A stretch of 62,295 nt of DNA from an uncultured Flavobacteriaceae bacterium (GTDB lineage: Bacteria > Bacteroidota > Bacteroidia > Flavobacteriales > Flavobacteriaceae): positions 1-62,295 of the forward strand of contig CALHCJ010000014.1 of assembly GCA_937936275.1 (NCBI GenBank). The letters are read 5' to 3'. How positions within the stretch are numbered: the first letter of the stretch is position 1; each line of letters opens with the position of its first letter. A program made the translations under genes and the position numbers. The notes below the pieces were generated by a model. It saw nothing but the letters and a program-made list of their open reading frames with translations, was not told the DNA's origin and made no database searches. Below, piece by piece: positions 21,723 through 31,514 of this stretch.

Positions 21723-23096
21723 CTATAAGTTCGGCACTTTTACGCTACCCCCTACCCAACAGCTAAATGTAACCGTTTTACCAGCCATACCTGCTGAAAA
21801 AATCATCTCTTTATTAGGAGCCTTTGCATCATAACTCGCCGCTGCTTTATTAGCTCTTGAACTTAAGGAAGGATCTACCCGACCTGCTCTGCGAGCCATA
21901 TCAGCTGCTTTCCAATACATCGCACGTTTTTCAAAAGTTGTACTACCACATTGATTAGCACTACTTGCATATAAATTAGCAATCAACAAGTACGCTTTAC
22001 CATTGGCTGAATTGAAATCAATTGCTTTTTGAGCATACTTTCTTGATGTCGATTTACTTCCTTTTCTTTTATTGATAACCGCTACTTTGTAAGCGATATT
22101 CGATCTTTTCTTTGAGTCTGTTTCTAAGCTCAAAGCCTTGTCAAAATCAGCAAGTGCACCTTGAGTGTCACCGTTCTTCATTTTCAATGTGCCACCATAA
22201 ACGTAGGCATCTGCAGAAGGGTCAAGCGCTAGCTGAGCTTCGAAAAGTTTTTGAAACATTGGGTCATCAGTACATTCTTTGTTGAACATTAAACCAACTG
22301 CTCTCTTTACCCAAACAACATCACCTTTCTTTTCATCATACGACTTCTCATAAAGCGGAATAAGGTTTTCACAATCAGCCAGTGGACCTAATTTAGCATC
22401 GATACTACCAGCTATCTTACCATATGACTCTGAATTCTTACTGTAAACTCTTAACTTCCTTTTCTCTTTAGAAGTCAACGTACCAGCCTCTTCTTTAGGC
22501 AAAAGTTTGGCAATAGCGTCTGTTAACTTTGCATTTTCTACTTCAACTTTTTCAGTGACGGCATCATATACGTCAAAAACCTCTTGTAAATCTTTTGACC
22601 CACCTTTATATAAATCGACTAAACTTGAGAAATAAAGATATATAGCTTTTGGATTTTTGAAATTTTTCTCATCTTTCGTAAAAGCTGTATTCAATTGACT
22701 ATAAATTTCATCATCTGAAATCATCTTGTTGTCATACATCAACAAAACCTTATCAATCATTACATCAGCTTCCTTAGTTTTATTTGGAAAATGAACCATA
22801 CGATCATCATGTAGTTTCATTAAATCTTTGATAAAACCTTCTTTATCTGCACCAGACGATTTATCGATTTTATCATTAAGAATTTTTTCTCCTACCGAAA
22901 AGTTTGCCAAGTTAATAGCTGGACAAGTCTCGTAGACCATTTTCCATGGCGTGTAGGCAGCTTCGTAATTTTTAACTTTTGCATGCTCAACATAAATAGA
23001 GAGGTTAGTTACACACTCTGTATTTTGAGCTTGGGCATTGCTAATCGCCATACACCCTAAGAACATTATTGCTGTAAAGTAGAGTTTCGTTTTCAT
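21723..23096 (-). CDS. Secreted TPR-repeat protein
   Basis: Signal peptide, helical TPR-like repeats in the C-terminal half. Confidence 0.75.
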   Translation of the reverse strand: MKTKLYFTAIMFLGCMAISNAQAQNTECVTNLSIYVEHAKVKNYEAAYTPWKMVYETCPAINLANFSVGEKILNDKIDKSSGADKEGFIKDLMKLHDDRMVHFPNKTKEADVMIDKVLLMYDNKMISDDEIYSQLNTAFTKDEKNFKNPKAIYLYFSSLVDLYKGGSKDLQEVFDVYDAVTEKVEVENAKLTDAIAKLLPKEEAGTLTSKEKRKLRVYSKNSESYGKIAGSIDAKLGPLADCENLIPLYEKSYDEKKGDVVWVKRAVGLMFNKECTDDPMFQKLFEAQLALDPSADAYVYGGTLKMKNGDTQGALADFDKALSLETDSKKRSNIAYKVAVINKRKGSKSTSRKYAQKAIDFNSANGKAYLLIANLYASSANQCGSTTFEKRAMYWKAADMARRAGRVDPSLSSRANKAAASYDAKAPNKEMIFSAGMAGKTVTFSCWVGGSVKVPNL

Positions 23097-23137
23097 ATCA
23101 ATATCTTGTTTAAAGTGGTTAATGTACTAAATTTTAG

Positions 23138-24412
23138 TTAGTTAATTTTTCTTTTTCGGAACCATCTATCATTTAGAGAAAGTCCTACGTTGATTTTAAA
23201 ATAGTTTTCTTCTATTAGACTTGCTTCTGTTGTACCTCTCTTTCCAACCTCAAAACCTAAGTTTATGTTAGAAAAACCACTAGTACCAGACGCTAGTGGT
23301 AGACCAACTCCAAAAGTTATGCCAAAGTTATCTATTTCTTGGTCGTTTACGATCATTCCAGTCTTCTCCATTCGAACGCCAGCGCGGTAAATTACTCGTT
23401 TTAAAAAACTTGTAAAAGAGGTGTAATCAGGTATATAGTAACCTCCTAATGCAAAAGTGCTTGCGTCTTGATAGGTAAAATTATCTACTACTACAAAGTC
23501 ATTGCGGAACGAGCTTAATTTTTGAAAGCTATATTCCCCCCCAAAAAACCATTTTTTATTTTCTCCAAAACCTAGTCCGAGTGTAGTCGTTGTAGGTATG
23601 GTCAAACCTTGATTCTCTAAACCTTGAGCTGCTAAGTTTACATCAATTACTTCAATATCTGCACCTGTATCTACACTAAAAGAACCTATTTGTTGTGTAT
23701 TTCGTGATGATAAATTTGCCTGTGTATTGATTCGAATCAAAGAATAGAGGGTAAGTTTATCACTAATAGCAGGAGAATAGTTTAAAGAATAATTGAAATC
23801 AGCTCCGCCAATTCGAGAAATTCTATTATCTAAAGTGCCAAATTGAACTCCGTCCACAATCTGTGTTCTTTGATTTTCAATTTCTCCAAAATTATAATTC
23901 CCAGTAACTCCGATACTCAGATTTTTTGTGATCTGATATCCTATGGATAAATACACCTTATTTAGTCCTCCCGTGCCTGAAAATTGATTAAAAACATCAG
24001 TACCATTACTATTTACGGAATTGGCAACTAAATTATAACCTACCGAAGAATAGGGCTGAAGCCCTATGCCTACACCAACCCCTTTTCCTATGGGAAAACC
24101 CAAAGACAGATAATCTAATGTGGTTAGCGAACTTTGTTCTTCTTCTGCTGCGCTTTTAAGTGTAAGCTGTTTGTAAGATATACCAGCAGTGTAAGCCGTA
24201 AGCCTAAGTTTTCCGTAAGCCGCTGGATTTTGTAGGTTGATATGAATACTATCTGTATATATGCCAATACCCCCCATCATCTGATTCTCGACCGAGCTTG
24301 TTCCTCTAAATTCACCAATACCAAAATACGAATAAGGAGAAACAGTACCGTCTTGAGCGTTTAATACCATAGCAGCAAAACATGCTATTACAATTACAAT
24401 TTTTTTGACCAT
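23138..24412 (-). CDS. Outer membrane beta-barrel protein (FadL-like)
   Basis: Signal peptide, SPYSYFG, NPAA motif, alternating beta strands. Confidence 0.7.
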   Translation of the reverse strand: MVKKIVIVIACFAAMVLNAQDGTVSPYSYFGIGEFRGTSSVENQMMGGIGIYTDSIHINLQNPAAYGKLRLTAYTAGISYKQLTLKSAAEEEQSSLTTLDYLSLGFPIGKGVGVGIGLQPYSSVGYNLVANSVNSNGTDVFNQFSGTGGLNKVYLSIGYQITKNLSIGVTGNYNFGEIENQRTQIVDGVQFGTLDNRISRIGGADFNYSLNYSPAISDKLTLYSLIRINTQANLSSRNTQQIGSFSVDTGADIEVIDVNLAAQGLENQGLTIPTTTTLGLGFGENKKWFFGGEYSFQKLSSFRNDFVVVDNFTYQDASTFALGGYYIPDYTSFTSFLKRVIYRAGVRMEKTGMIVNDQEIDNFGITFGVGLPLASGTSGFSNINLGFEVGKRGTTEASLIEENYFKINVGLSLNDRWFRKRKIN

Positions 24413-25141
24413 TTATCGCTTGTTGTATTCCAGCAGAAAGTTTAACCCTTTCAAGAGAAATTTGGAATCCGCAAATATGGTATTTTTTAATCGTTTTGAC
24501 AAAAATTGGGCATCACCCCCTGTTAAAATAACTGTTAAATCTTTGAAACGCTTTTGATATTGATCAATGACCCCATCAATTTCGGCAGTAATACCATTTA
24601 CCACACCACTGTGAATACTAGTTTGAGTAGAATTTCCTATGATGTCTATGGGGTCATCTAGTTCAAGCAACGGTAGTTTGTCAGTTTGATTGTTCAGTGC
24701 TTTATAGCGCATTTTAATACCAGGTGAAATAGCACCACCGAGATATTCTCCGTAATCATTAACCATATCATAGGTAATACAAGTGCCGGAATCAATAACG
24801 AGTGTATTTGCGGTAGAATTAAAGTAAAAAGCGGCGGTGGCCAGAGCAATGCGATCTACGCCCAATGTTTGAGGGGTAGCGTAAGAGTTTTTAAATGGAA
24901 TTTTGGAAGTATGATCTAAAACATGAACCTTACAAAACACCGATAAGGCTAAAATATCTTTTTTATCTAAATGACCAACCGCAGAAACAATTGCCCGCGT
25001 AATTTTAGGATAAAAATTAAATATACTTTTTACCTCATCAACAAACCGAATTCGATCAATCGTGTTGTCAAATAAGAGATTCTCCTTATCGAATACTGCT
25101 AGTTTTATTGAGGTATTGCCAGCATCTACAATTAGTTTCAT
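24413..25141 (-). CDS. coaX: Type III pantothenate kinase
   Basis: DAGNT, LGVDR, IDSGTCIT, GGAISPG, LTGGDA. Confidence 0.95.
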   Translation of the reverse strand: MKLIVDAGNTSIKLAVFDKENLLFDNTIDRIRFVDEVKSIFNFYPKITRAIVSAVGHLDKKDILALSVFCKVHVLDHTSKIPFKNSYATPQTLGVDRIALATAAFYFNSTANTLVIDSGTCITYDMVNDYGEYLGGAISPGIKMRYKALNNQTDKLPLLELDDPIDIIGNSTQTSIHSGVVNGITAEIDGVIDQYQKRFKDLTVILTGGDAQFLSKRLKNTIFADSKFLLKGLNFLLEYNKR

Positions 25142-25193
25142 AATACAAGATTAAAAAATGTCTAAGAAACCGACACCTTTTTTTGCGTTTTTG

Positions 25194-25224
25194 TTTGTAT
25201 ATCATAAATTAGAAATTATATTTG
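25194..25224 (+). promoter_or_regulatory. Bacteroidota housekeeping promoter (-33 TTTG / -7 TATATTTG) for tRNA-Phe
   Basis: TTTG 25194-25197, 19-nt spacer, TATATTTG 25217-25224. Confidence 0.75.
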
Positions 25225-25243
25225 CAGCCCCTTAAAGGGGTAT

Positions 25244-25316
25244 GGTGCCTTAGCTCAGTTGGTAGAGCAATGGACTGAAAATCCATGTGTCCCTGGTTCG
25301 ATTCCTGGAGGCACCA
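25244..25316 (+). tRNA. tRNA-Phe (GAA), CCA not encoded
   Basis: Acceptor GGTGCCT/AGGCACC-A, D arm AGCTCAGTTGGTAGAGC, anticodon arm ATGGA-CTGAAAA-TCCAT, T loop GGTTCGATTCC. Confidence 0.98.
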
Positions 25317-25321
25317 CATTT

Positions 25322-25350
25322 AAACCCTGCAAATGCAGGGTTTTTTGTTT
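25322..25350 (+). terminator. Intrinsic terminator after tRNA-Phe
   Basis: aaaccctgc-aaat-gcagggttt followed by a T-run. Confidence 0.9.
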
Positions 25351-25549
25351 TCCACAAATACCCATTAAAAGAACCTAACTCAGTTGTCTGCTACTCTCAT
25401 TTTTTGCAAATTTTCATACATCCCCAATAAAGTACCGTTGGTCTTATACCTCTGTCAATAAACAGACTTAACAGCCATTCAACAAGAAAATTCGCCTTCG
25501 CATTAAAATGTGCTCACCTTTGCAGTATTAAACCCAAATATTATTGATT

Positions 25550-25720
25550 ATGAAAACAATTTTACTTTTGAAAGAAATCTATGAAGATGGGTTTAGAAAC
25601 CTAGGAAGTTTTATTATTAAACGGTACTTTAAATTCTTCGCATGGTTTAGCTTTGTTATGTTCATCATTGTACTTTATGCCTTGATATATCGCATATCTA
25701 CAGGATTTGCCTTTGATTAG
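25550..25720 (+). CDS. 56-aa small membrane protein (resembles flavobacterial DUF6747), absent from the ORF track
   Basis: MKTILLLKEIYEDGFRNLGSFIIKRYFKFFAWFSFVMFIIVLYALIYRISTGFAFD; has its own terminator; family name is from memory. Confidence 0.8.
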   Translation: MKTILLLKEIYEDGFRNLGSFIIKRYFKFFAWFSFVMFIIVLYALIYRISTGFAFD

Positions 25721-25745
25721 AAATTCAAAAAAGTTTCAAATTCAT

Positions 25746-25775
25746 AAACCACGCCCATTCAGGCGTGGTTTTTTT
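25746..25775 (+). terminator. Intrinsic terminator
   Basis: aaaccacgcc-cattca-ggcgtggttt plus T-run. Confidence 0.9.
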
Positions 25776-25911
25776 ATACCATTTTCAAATAAGTATAGTG
25801 CGATTTAGTTGGCTTAATGACCATAAAACCATACTCGACTGTTTTTTGATTATTTTTATACGGAATACATAGATTCATTTGGAATTTTGAATACCTTTTA
25901 ACTTTCACAAA

Positions 25912-26358
25912 ATGTTGATTGAAACGCTGAGAGTGCTCTTTCAAAGAGATCTCCTAAAATTGAAGTCTGAAATTGAATCTTATTCTCTTGAAGGAAACCT
26001 ATGGTTGACTTCCGCCAATATCACTAATTCAGGTGGTAATCTCTGCCTGCATCTGCTTGGTAATTTAAATACTTTTATTGGTGCCGAGTTAGGAAAATCT
26101 AACTATGTAAGAAAAAGAAATCTTGAATTTTCCCTGAAGAATGTGGCTAGGACAATTCTAGTTGCTCAAATTGAGCAAACCACGACAATGGTTGATGAGA
26201 CTTTAAACAATATTTCTGAAGAAGATCTCAAGTTAGAATATCCAATACTCGTCTTTGAAGAAAGAATGTCATCGGGGTATTTCTTAACACATTTGGCTAC
26301 TCATTTGACCTATCATTTAGGTCAAATTAACTATCATCGCCGATTATTAGATAAATAA
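25912..26358 (+). CDS. DinB/DUF1572 family protein
   Basis: NSGGNLCLHL and H..YHLGQINYH metal-binding histidines. Confidence 0.85.
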   Translation: MLIETLRVLFQRDLLKLKSEIESYSLEGNLWLTSANITNSGGNLCLHLLGNLNTFIGAELGKSNYVRKRNLEFSLKNVARTILVAQIEQTTTMVDETLNNISEEDLKLEYPILVFEERMSSGYFLTHLATHLTYHLGQINYHRRLLDK

Positions 26359-26368
26359 CACAAAAGTA

Positions 26369-27340
26369 TTGATCTATTTAGATAATCAAACGCCTTTCTC
26401 TGAACTGAAGCAGTACTTTGTTTCAAATGGATGGATGGATTACAATGAAAACATCAGAAACATAGAGACACCAGGAGAAGGCAACATGAATGTGGTACTT
26501 CGTGTAATTACCAATACAAGCTCTTTTATTATAAAACAATCGCGCCCGTTTGTTCAGAAATATCAGCAAATTGATGCTCCAGTTGATCGTATTGACGTTG
26601 AGTATCAGTTTTATAATACTGTTCGAAATAATATTCTCAGTGCTCATATGCCGAAAATTCTAGGATATGATGCTTCTGAATTTGTTCTCGCATTGGAAGA
26701 TTTAGGTCATTGTGAAGATATGTCATCCATATATTCAAATCGGGTTATTGCGGATGCTACGCTAAGGAAATTGGTGCAAGTTCTTTCTCAGATTCATCGA
26801 AGCCGTGTGCCAGTTCACTTTCCAGAAAATCTGGCAATGCGTCAATTGAATCATCAGCATATGTTCGTTTTACCCTTTTTAGAAGACAACGGCTTTCAAC
26901 TCGATACGATTCAAGAAGGTCTACAAGATCTTTCTAAGACCTATAAAACCAACAATGCTTTGAAAAAAAGTATAAGCCTAATTGGACAGCAATATTTATC
27001 CAAAGGAAATACCCTACTGCATGGAGATTTCTACCCAGGAAGTTGGATGACAAAAGATGATCAATTGTTTGTTATAGATCCAGAATTCGGATTTGTTGGC
27101 TTTCATGAATTTGACCTAGGTGTAATGGCTGGTCATATCGTGATAGCAACAAGTAATGAAAATTATGTTGATAGCATTTACAATCTGTATGCAGAAAAGG
27201 TTGATCGAAAACTTATGGCTCAAGTTGCAGGTATTGAAATCATGCGTCGTATAATTGGCTTGGCACAGCTACCTCTCAAACGCACACTAACTGAAAAAGA
27301 GTATCTTTTAGAAATTGCTAAAAATATGATCATGTCATGA
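26369..27340 (+). CDS. APH/choline kinase-fold phosphotransferase, methylthioribose kinase-like
   Basis: GEGNMNVV, IIKQSRP, HGDFYPGS, IDPEF; TTG start. Confidence 0.8.
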   Translation: MIYLDNQTPFSELKQYFVSNGWMDYNENIRNIETPGEGNMNVVLRVITNTSSFIIKQSRPFVQKYQQIDAPVDRIDVEYQFYNTVRNNILSAHMPKILGYDASEFVLALEDLGHCEDMSSIYSNRVIADATLRKLVQVLSQIHRSRVPVHFPENLAMRQLNHQHMFVLPFLEDNGFQLDTIQEGLQDLSKTYKTNNALKKSISLIGQQYLSKGNTLLHGDFYPGSWMTKDDQLFVIDPEFGFVGFHEFDLGVMAGHIVIATSNENYVDSIYNLYAEKVDRKLMAQVAGIEIMRRIIGLAQLPLKRTLTEKEYLLEIAKNMIMS

Positions 27341-28623
27341 AAAAAGTCCTTCCGTTCTTGATTTGTTTGACAATGACCATCGTATCCTGTAACAAATCAA
27401 AATCTAAATTAGAAATACCTTCGCCTACGAAAGTGACGTACGGGTCAGATACGCAAAATTTATCTAAAGAAGATCGCTATGATAAAATTTTAGGTGCTTT
27501 GGTGGGTTCCGCTATTGGTGATGCAATGGGTGCATCCACAGAGATGTGGCACCGGAAAGACATACAATTAAAGTATGGCTATATTGACAAACTCACACCA
27601 GCCATTCGTGAACAATCGCCAGAAGGCACTTGGGACCATAATTTAGGTGCTGGAGCCACCACAGATGACACCCGATGGAAGTTATTAATGGCCAAGTATT
27701 TATCCCAAAGTAAGGACAATATCAACCCAACTGCCTTTGCTAAATTTATAGTTGATTATTACGACGGACTTACCAAGAAGCTGGGTGATAAAGAATTTGA
27801 TAAAAACCCAGATCTATTAGATACTCAAATCAAAAAAATTAATTGGATTAAAGAATGGGCGAGAGTTGCAATTGCATATCAAAAAGGAAATACCGCATAT
27901 CAAGAGGCTCACAACCGATTTTATGGTGGTGAAATGTCATGCGCAGGACAGTTATATTCGCCTATGTTTGGTTTGGTAGCTGAAAATCCTGAGGAAGCCT
28001 ACATCACTGCTTACAAACACGCATTATTTGATTTAGGGTACGCTAAAGATATTTCTGCTTTGGTTGCTGCAATGACACAAATGGCGATGCAAACTCAAAA
28101 TATCGATTCTATTGTTAACACCGCAATTTTTATTGACCCGCTTGGGTATCAAGATAGCCGGTTGGTAGGTCGCATTTCACATGCCACCGCAGATGCTTCT
28201 ATAAAAAATGTACTTTCTATTAAGCAACTAGTTCTTATTGATTCATTGATTGAAAACGATACTATCTTTTTTAAGATGCCAAAAGGATTTGAAGGCTCTC
28301 AAAAAAATTGGGTAAAGCAAGAAATGCTGTACCAGTTGTTAGAGAAAGATGAAAAAGCAATTGCCTTTCATGCTGGAGAAATATGGCAAATTCTAATAAC
28401 AGCACTTCAGTTTGGAGAAGGTGATTTTGAAAAAACGATGCAGTTTATTGTCAATTATGGTCGTGACAATGATACCGTAGCCGCAATTGCAGGAATGATT
28501 TTAGGTGCTAAAGATGGATATTCAAAACTACCCTATGATCTCAAAGAAAAGGTTCTTAATGTAAGTAAAAACCAAATGGGTATTGATCTAAAGTCTTTAG
28601 CTTACGAAATGATCAATCCGTAA
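27337..28623 (+). CDS. ADP-ribosylglycohydrolase family lipoprotein
   Basis: Lipobox IVSC, AIGDAMG, TTDDT, GRDNDTVAAIAG. Confidence 0.88.
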   Translation: MKKVLPFLICLTMTIVSCNKSKSKLEIPSPTKVTYGSDTQNLSKEDRYDKILGALVGSAIGDAMGASTEMWHRKDIQLKYGYIDKLTPAIREQSPEGTWDHNLGAGATTDDTRWKLLMAKYLSQSKDNINPTAFAKFIVDYYDGLTKKLGDKEFDKNPDLLDTQIKKINWIKEWARVAIAYQKGNTAYQEAHNRFYGGEMSCAGQLYSPMFGLVAENPEEAYITAYKHALFDLGYAKDISALVAAMTQMAMQTQNIDSIVNTAIFIDPLGYQDSRLVGRISHATADASIKNVLSIKQLVLIDSLIENDTIFFKMPKGFEGSQKNWVKQEMLYQLLEKDEKAIAFHAGEIWQILITALQFGEGDFEKTMQFIVNYGRDNDTVAAIAGMILGAKDGYSKLPYDLKEKVLNVSKNQMGIDLKSLAYEMINP

Positions 28624-30219
28624 CTACCATGTGCCTTGGATTGAACTTAGCCTAAAATTATTTAGCGTTATCGGAGCTTCTGAAGAATTCAAAAAAGATA
28701 ATTTCGTATACCTCTCACTAGGAAAGATTTGCGCAGTCATTACATACTGCCCTTCATTGATAAAAACTTCAACAGAAGACTGATCAACTAGAATTCGTAC
28801 TTCATAAACCTCAGGTAAAAACGGTATCGGCATTTCTTGAATGCTTGCAAAATCTTCTTGAAAATCAACTTTACCCGAGTTTGTTCGATCAAGATAGAAG
28901 ACTTTTTCCTCATCGATCATTGTCAAAACTGTTTCCTCGCCCAAAGTATTTTGAAGCTTTACTTTAAAGTCTCTAGCCACTGTTTGAAAACGTATTTCAG
29001 ATTGATTTAAATCATCAAAGAATATTGTTTCTTCCAATCCATTCTGAAGTTCAATATCTTTCTTTACTCCATTTGCAACCAGCGCTTCAATTCCTTGAAT
29101 GGGATAATTTACCAACTCGTAGGCATCTGAAATCTTCTTTAGCGACAACTTTCGAGGTACCGTCATTGCACTTCGCCATTTTTGAGTTGGGGTATCTCTA
29201 GCATAAGTCCAATTGCTCATCCATCCTATAAAAATTCGATCTTGTTTTGGGTCGTTGGCATATGTATTGCCATGATAATCTTGAGGAAGCACATTGTAGG
29301 TAACGCCTGCATAATTATCCGTTCCCCAGTCTAACCACTTGGTTTCAGTTTGTTCGGTAGTAAATCTTTCTCCATCAAATTCGCCTATAAAGTATTGCGT
29401 GCCGCTACCGCCATTTGGCGCTCCTGGATTTATACTAATTAACAGCACCCACTTTTCTTCCTCAGAACCTTCTACTTTTAAAGGAAATAAATCAGGGCAT
29501 TCCCAAACCCCACCATGTGCTCCTTTGTCCTTTCCAAATTCGCTCAATTTCGCCCATTCTTTCAAATTGCTAGAACCCCATAATTCAAGGTGATCACCCG
29601 CCACTACACTCATAATCCATTGATGACTTTTTTCATCCCAAAATACTTTAGGATCTCTAAAATCTTTTAACCCATCATTTTTAATAACAGGATTTCCATC
29701 GAATTTCGTCCAAGTATTACCGTTATCTGTGCTATAAGCGATGCCTTGAGTTTGAAAATCGTCTCTTCCTGCTTTTTCACCCTCCATCAAGTGATATGTG
29801 AAAATGGCAACCAATGGCGGATTATCTAGGGTGCCAAACCCTGAAGTATTTGCAAAATCAACGACTGCACTTCCAGAGAAAATCAACCCATGTTCATCAG
29901 GAAAGAGCGCTATAGGTTTATGTTCCCAATGTACCAAATCTTTGCTTGTCGCGTGCCCCCAGTGCATTGGCCCCCATACTATATCTTCTGGGTAATACTG
30001 GTAAAAAAGATGATACACTCCTTTGTGAAAAACCATTCCGTTAGGATCGTTCATCCAATTTTCTTCGGGAGAAAAATGAAACTGTGGCCGGTAAGGTTCT
30101 GTGTAGTAATCCGTCATAACAACATCTGAAATCGGCTTTTGTTTTTCTTGCTTATTTTTACATCTTGAAAAGACCATTACCACGAGAATAGTAACCAATA
30201 TGTTTCGAACTAGTATCAT
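28624..30219 (-). CDS. GH32 beta-fructosidase/levanase, probable lipoprotein
   Basis: WMNDPNG, WGHA, FSGS, FRDP, WECPD, SVEVF. Confidence 0.95.
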   Translation of the reverse strand: MILVRNILVTILVVMVFSRCKNKQEKQKPISDVVMTDYYTEPYRPQFHFSPEENWMNDPNGMVFHKGVYHLFYQYYPEDIVWGPMHWGHATSKDLVHWEHKPIALFPDEHGLIFSGSAVVDFANTSGFGTLDNPPLVAIFTYHLMEGEKAGRDDFQTQGIAYSTDNGNTWTKFDGNPVIKNDGLKDFRDPKVFWDEKSHQWIMSVVAGDHLELWGSSNLKEWAKLSEFGKDKGAHGGVWECPDLFPLKVEGSEEEKWVLLISINPGAPNGGSGTQYFIGEFDGERFTTEQTETKWLDWGTDNYAGVTYNVLPQDYHGNTYANDPKQDRIFIGWMSNWTYARDTPTQKWRSAMTVPRKLSLKKISDAYELVNYPIQGIEALVANGVKKDIELQNGLEETIFFDDLNQSEIRFQTVARDFKVKLQNTLGEETVLTMIDEEKVFYLDRTNSGKVDFQEDFASIQEMPIPFLPEVYEVRILVDQSSVEVFINEGQYVMTAQIFPSERYTKLSFLNSSEAPITLNNFRLSSIQGTW

Positions 30220-30299
30220 TTTGAACTATTTAAAGGCTTTCTAAAACGCTTTTAGACTTCACTAAAATAGTATCTTTACTCTAATATCAAATCAAAAGC

Positions 30300-30803
30300 A
30301 TGCGAAGTATTTTTTTCATTTTAGCATTCGTTATCTCCTTTTCTATTTCTGGACAAAAAAATCTAGACCGCACCTTAAAACAATTAAATTCAGAAAGCGT
30401 GCCGTATATCTACGTTAATGAGGTGAAATCTACCGAACAAGTGATTGTTTTAGATACAAGAAAAAGAGAAGAGTATGATGTAAGTCATATTAAAAATGCC
30501 GTTTGGGTTGGTTACAAAACTTTTGAAAAAGACTCTGTTTTAAAAAAATTACCGAATAAAAACGCTCCCATTCTGGTTTATTGTTCTATAGGAGTTCGCT
30601 CAGAAGATATTGGTGAAAAATTATTGAAAGCGGGATATACAAATGTTAAAAATCTTTATGGAGGTATTTTTGAATGGAAAAATCAAGGAAATACTGTTTA
30701 TAAAGATAACATAGCCACGGACAGTGTGCATACTTTCAATAAGCAATGGGGCAAACTCTTAAAAAATGGAACTAAAGTCTATGACCTCGACAAAAGCAAC
30801 TAA
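30300..30803 (+). CDS. Exported rhodanese-domain protein
   Basis: Signal peptide, LDTR..EY..SHI..A, YCSIGVRS, LYGGIFEW. Confidence 0.9.
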   Translation: MRSIFFILAFVISFSISGQKNLDRTLKQLNSESVPYIYVNEVKSTEQVIVLDTRKREEYDVSHIKNAVWVGYKTFEKDSVLKKLPNKNAPILVYCSIGVRSEDIGEKLLKAGYTNVKNLYGGIFEWKNQGNTVYKDNIATDSVHTFNKQWGKLLKNGTKVYDLDKSN

Positions 30804-30842
30804 GGTAGTATCTTATCAAAGTATTCAATTTTAAAATTCATC

Positions 30843-31514
30843 ATGGGTATTATTCTTCCTCAAGAAAAAAATAAAGAAGTAGCTACCGTGAATTACCACA
30901 ATGTAGCATCAAAAAATCTGCTACTGATATTCACCAGAAACCCTGAGTTGGGAAAATGTAAAACACGTTTGGCTGCTACTGTCGGTGACGAAAATGCTTT
31001 GGAAATTTATAAATTTCTTTTGAATCATACCGCAAAACTAACGGCGGGAGTCAATGCTGCTAAACAAGTGTGGTACTCTGAAGAAATATGGAAAGAAGAC
31101 ATTTGGGATCATTCTATCTTTGACAAACGACTTCAAAATGGAAGCGACTTAGGAATTCGCATGGGTAACGCTTTTCAGGAAGGTTTTACTAAAGGGTTTG
31201 AACGTATCATTGTTGTCGGTAGTGATATGTACGATCTGAATACTCAAGATCTTAACAAAGCCTTCGAAGCTCTTAAAACTAAAGATGTTGTGATAGGCCC
31301 TGCTGAAGATGGCGGATATTACTTTCTGGGAATGAAAAAATTTAACCCTTCTATTTTTCAAAATAAGGCGTGGGGCACTGAAACCGTTTTAGCGGATACG
31401 CTATCGGAATTAAAAGATGAAAATGTACAATTGTTTGAAACCAGAAACGACATTGACCTATTCGAAGATATTAAAGATATAAAAGCATTTCACCCCTATT
31501 TAAAACAACTATGA
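30843..31514 (+). CDS. TIGR04282/DUF2064-like transferase (CofC-like fold; annotated with arsenosugar/rSAM clusters)
   Basis: G.CKTRL, Q..SDLG.RM, VGSD, IGPAEDGGYY, DID..ED. Confidence 0.85.
   Translation: MGIILPQEKNKEVATVNYHNVASKNLLLIFTRNPELGKCKTRLAATVGDENALEIYKFLLNHTAKLTAGVNAAKQVWYSEEIWKEDIWDHSIFDKRLQNGSDLGIRMGNAFQEGFTKGFERIIVVGSDMYDLNTQDLNKAFEALKTKDVVIGPAEDGGYYFLGMKKFNPSIFQNKAWGTETVLADTLSELKDENVQLFETRNDIDLFEDIKDIKAFHPYLKQL

Noticed and set aside
25374-25386. cctaactcagttg, resembling the tRNA-Phe 5' end (possible att site or tRNA remnant)
   Set aside because: Only about 13 nt with mismatches; I saw no integrase or duplicated tRNA 3' end, so an integrated element is unsupported
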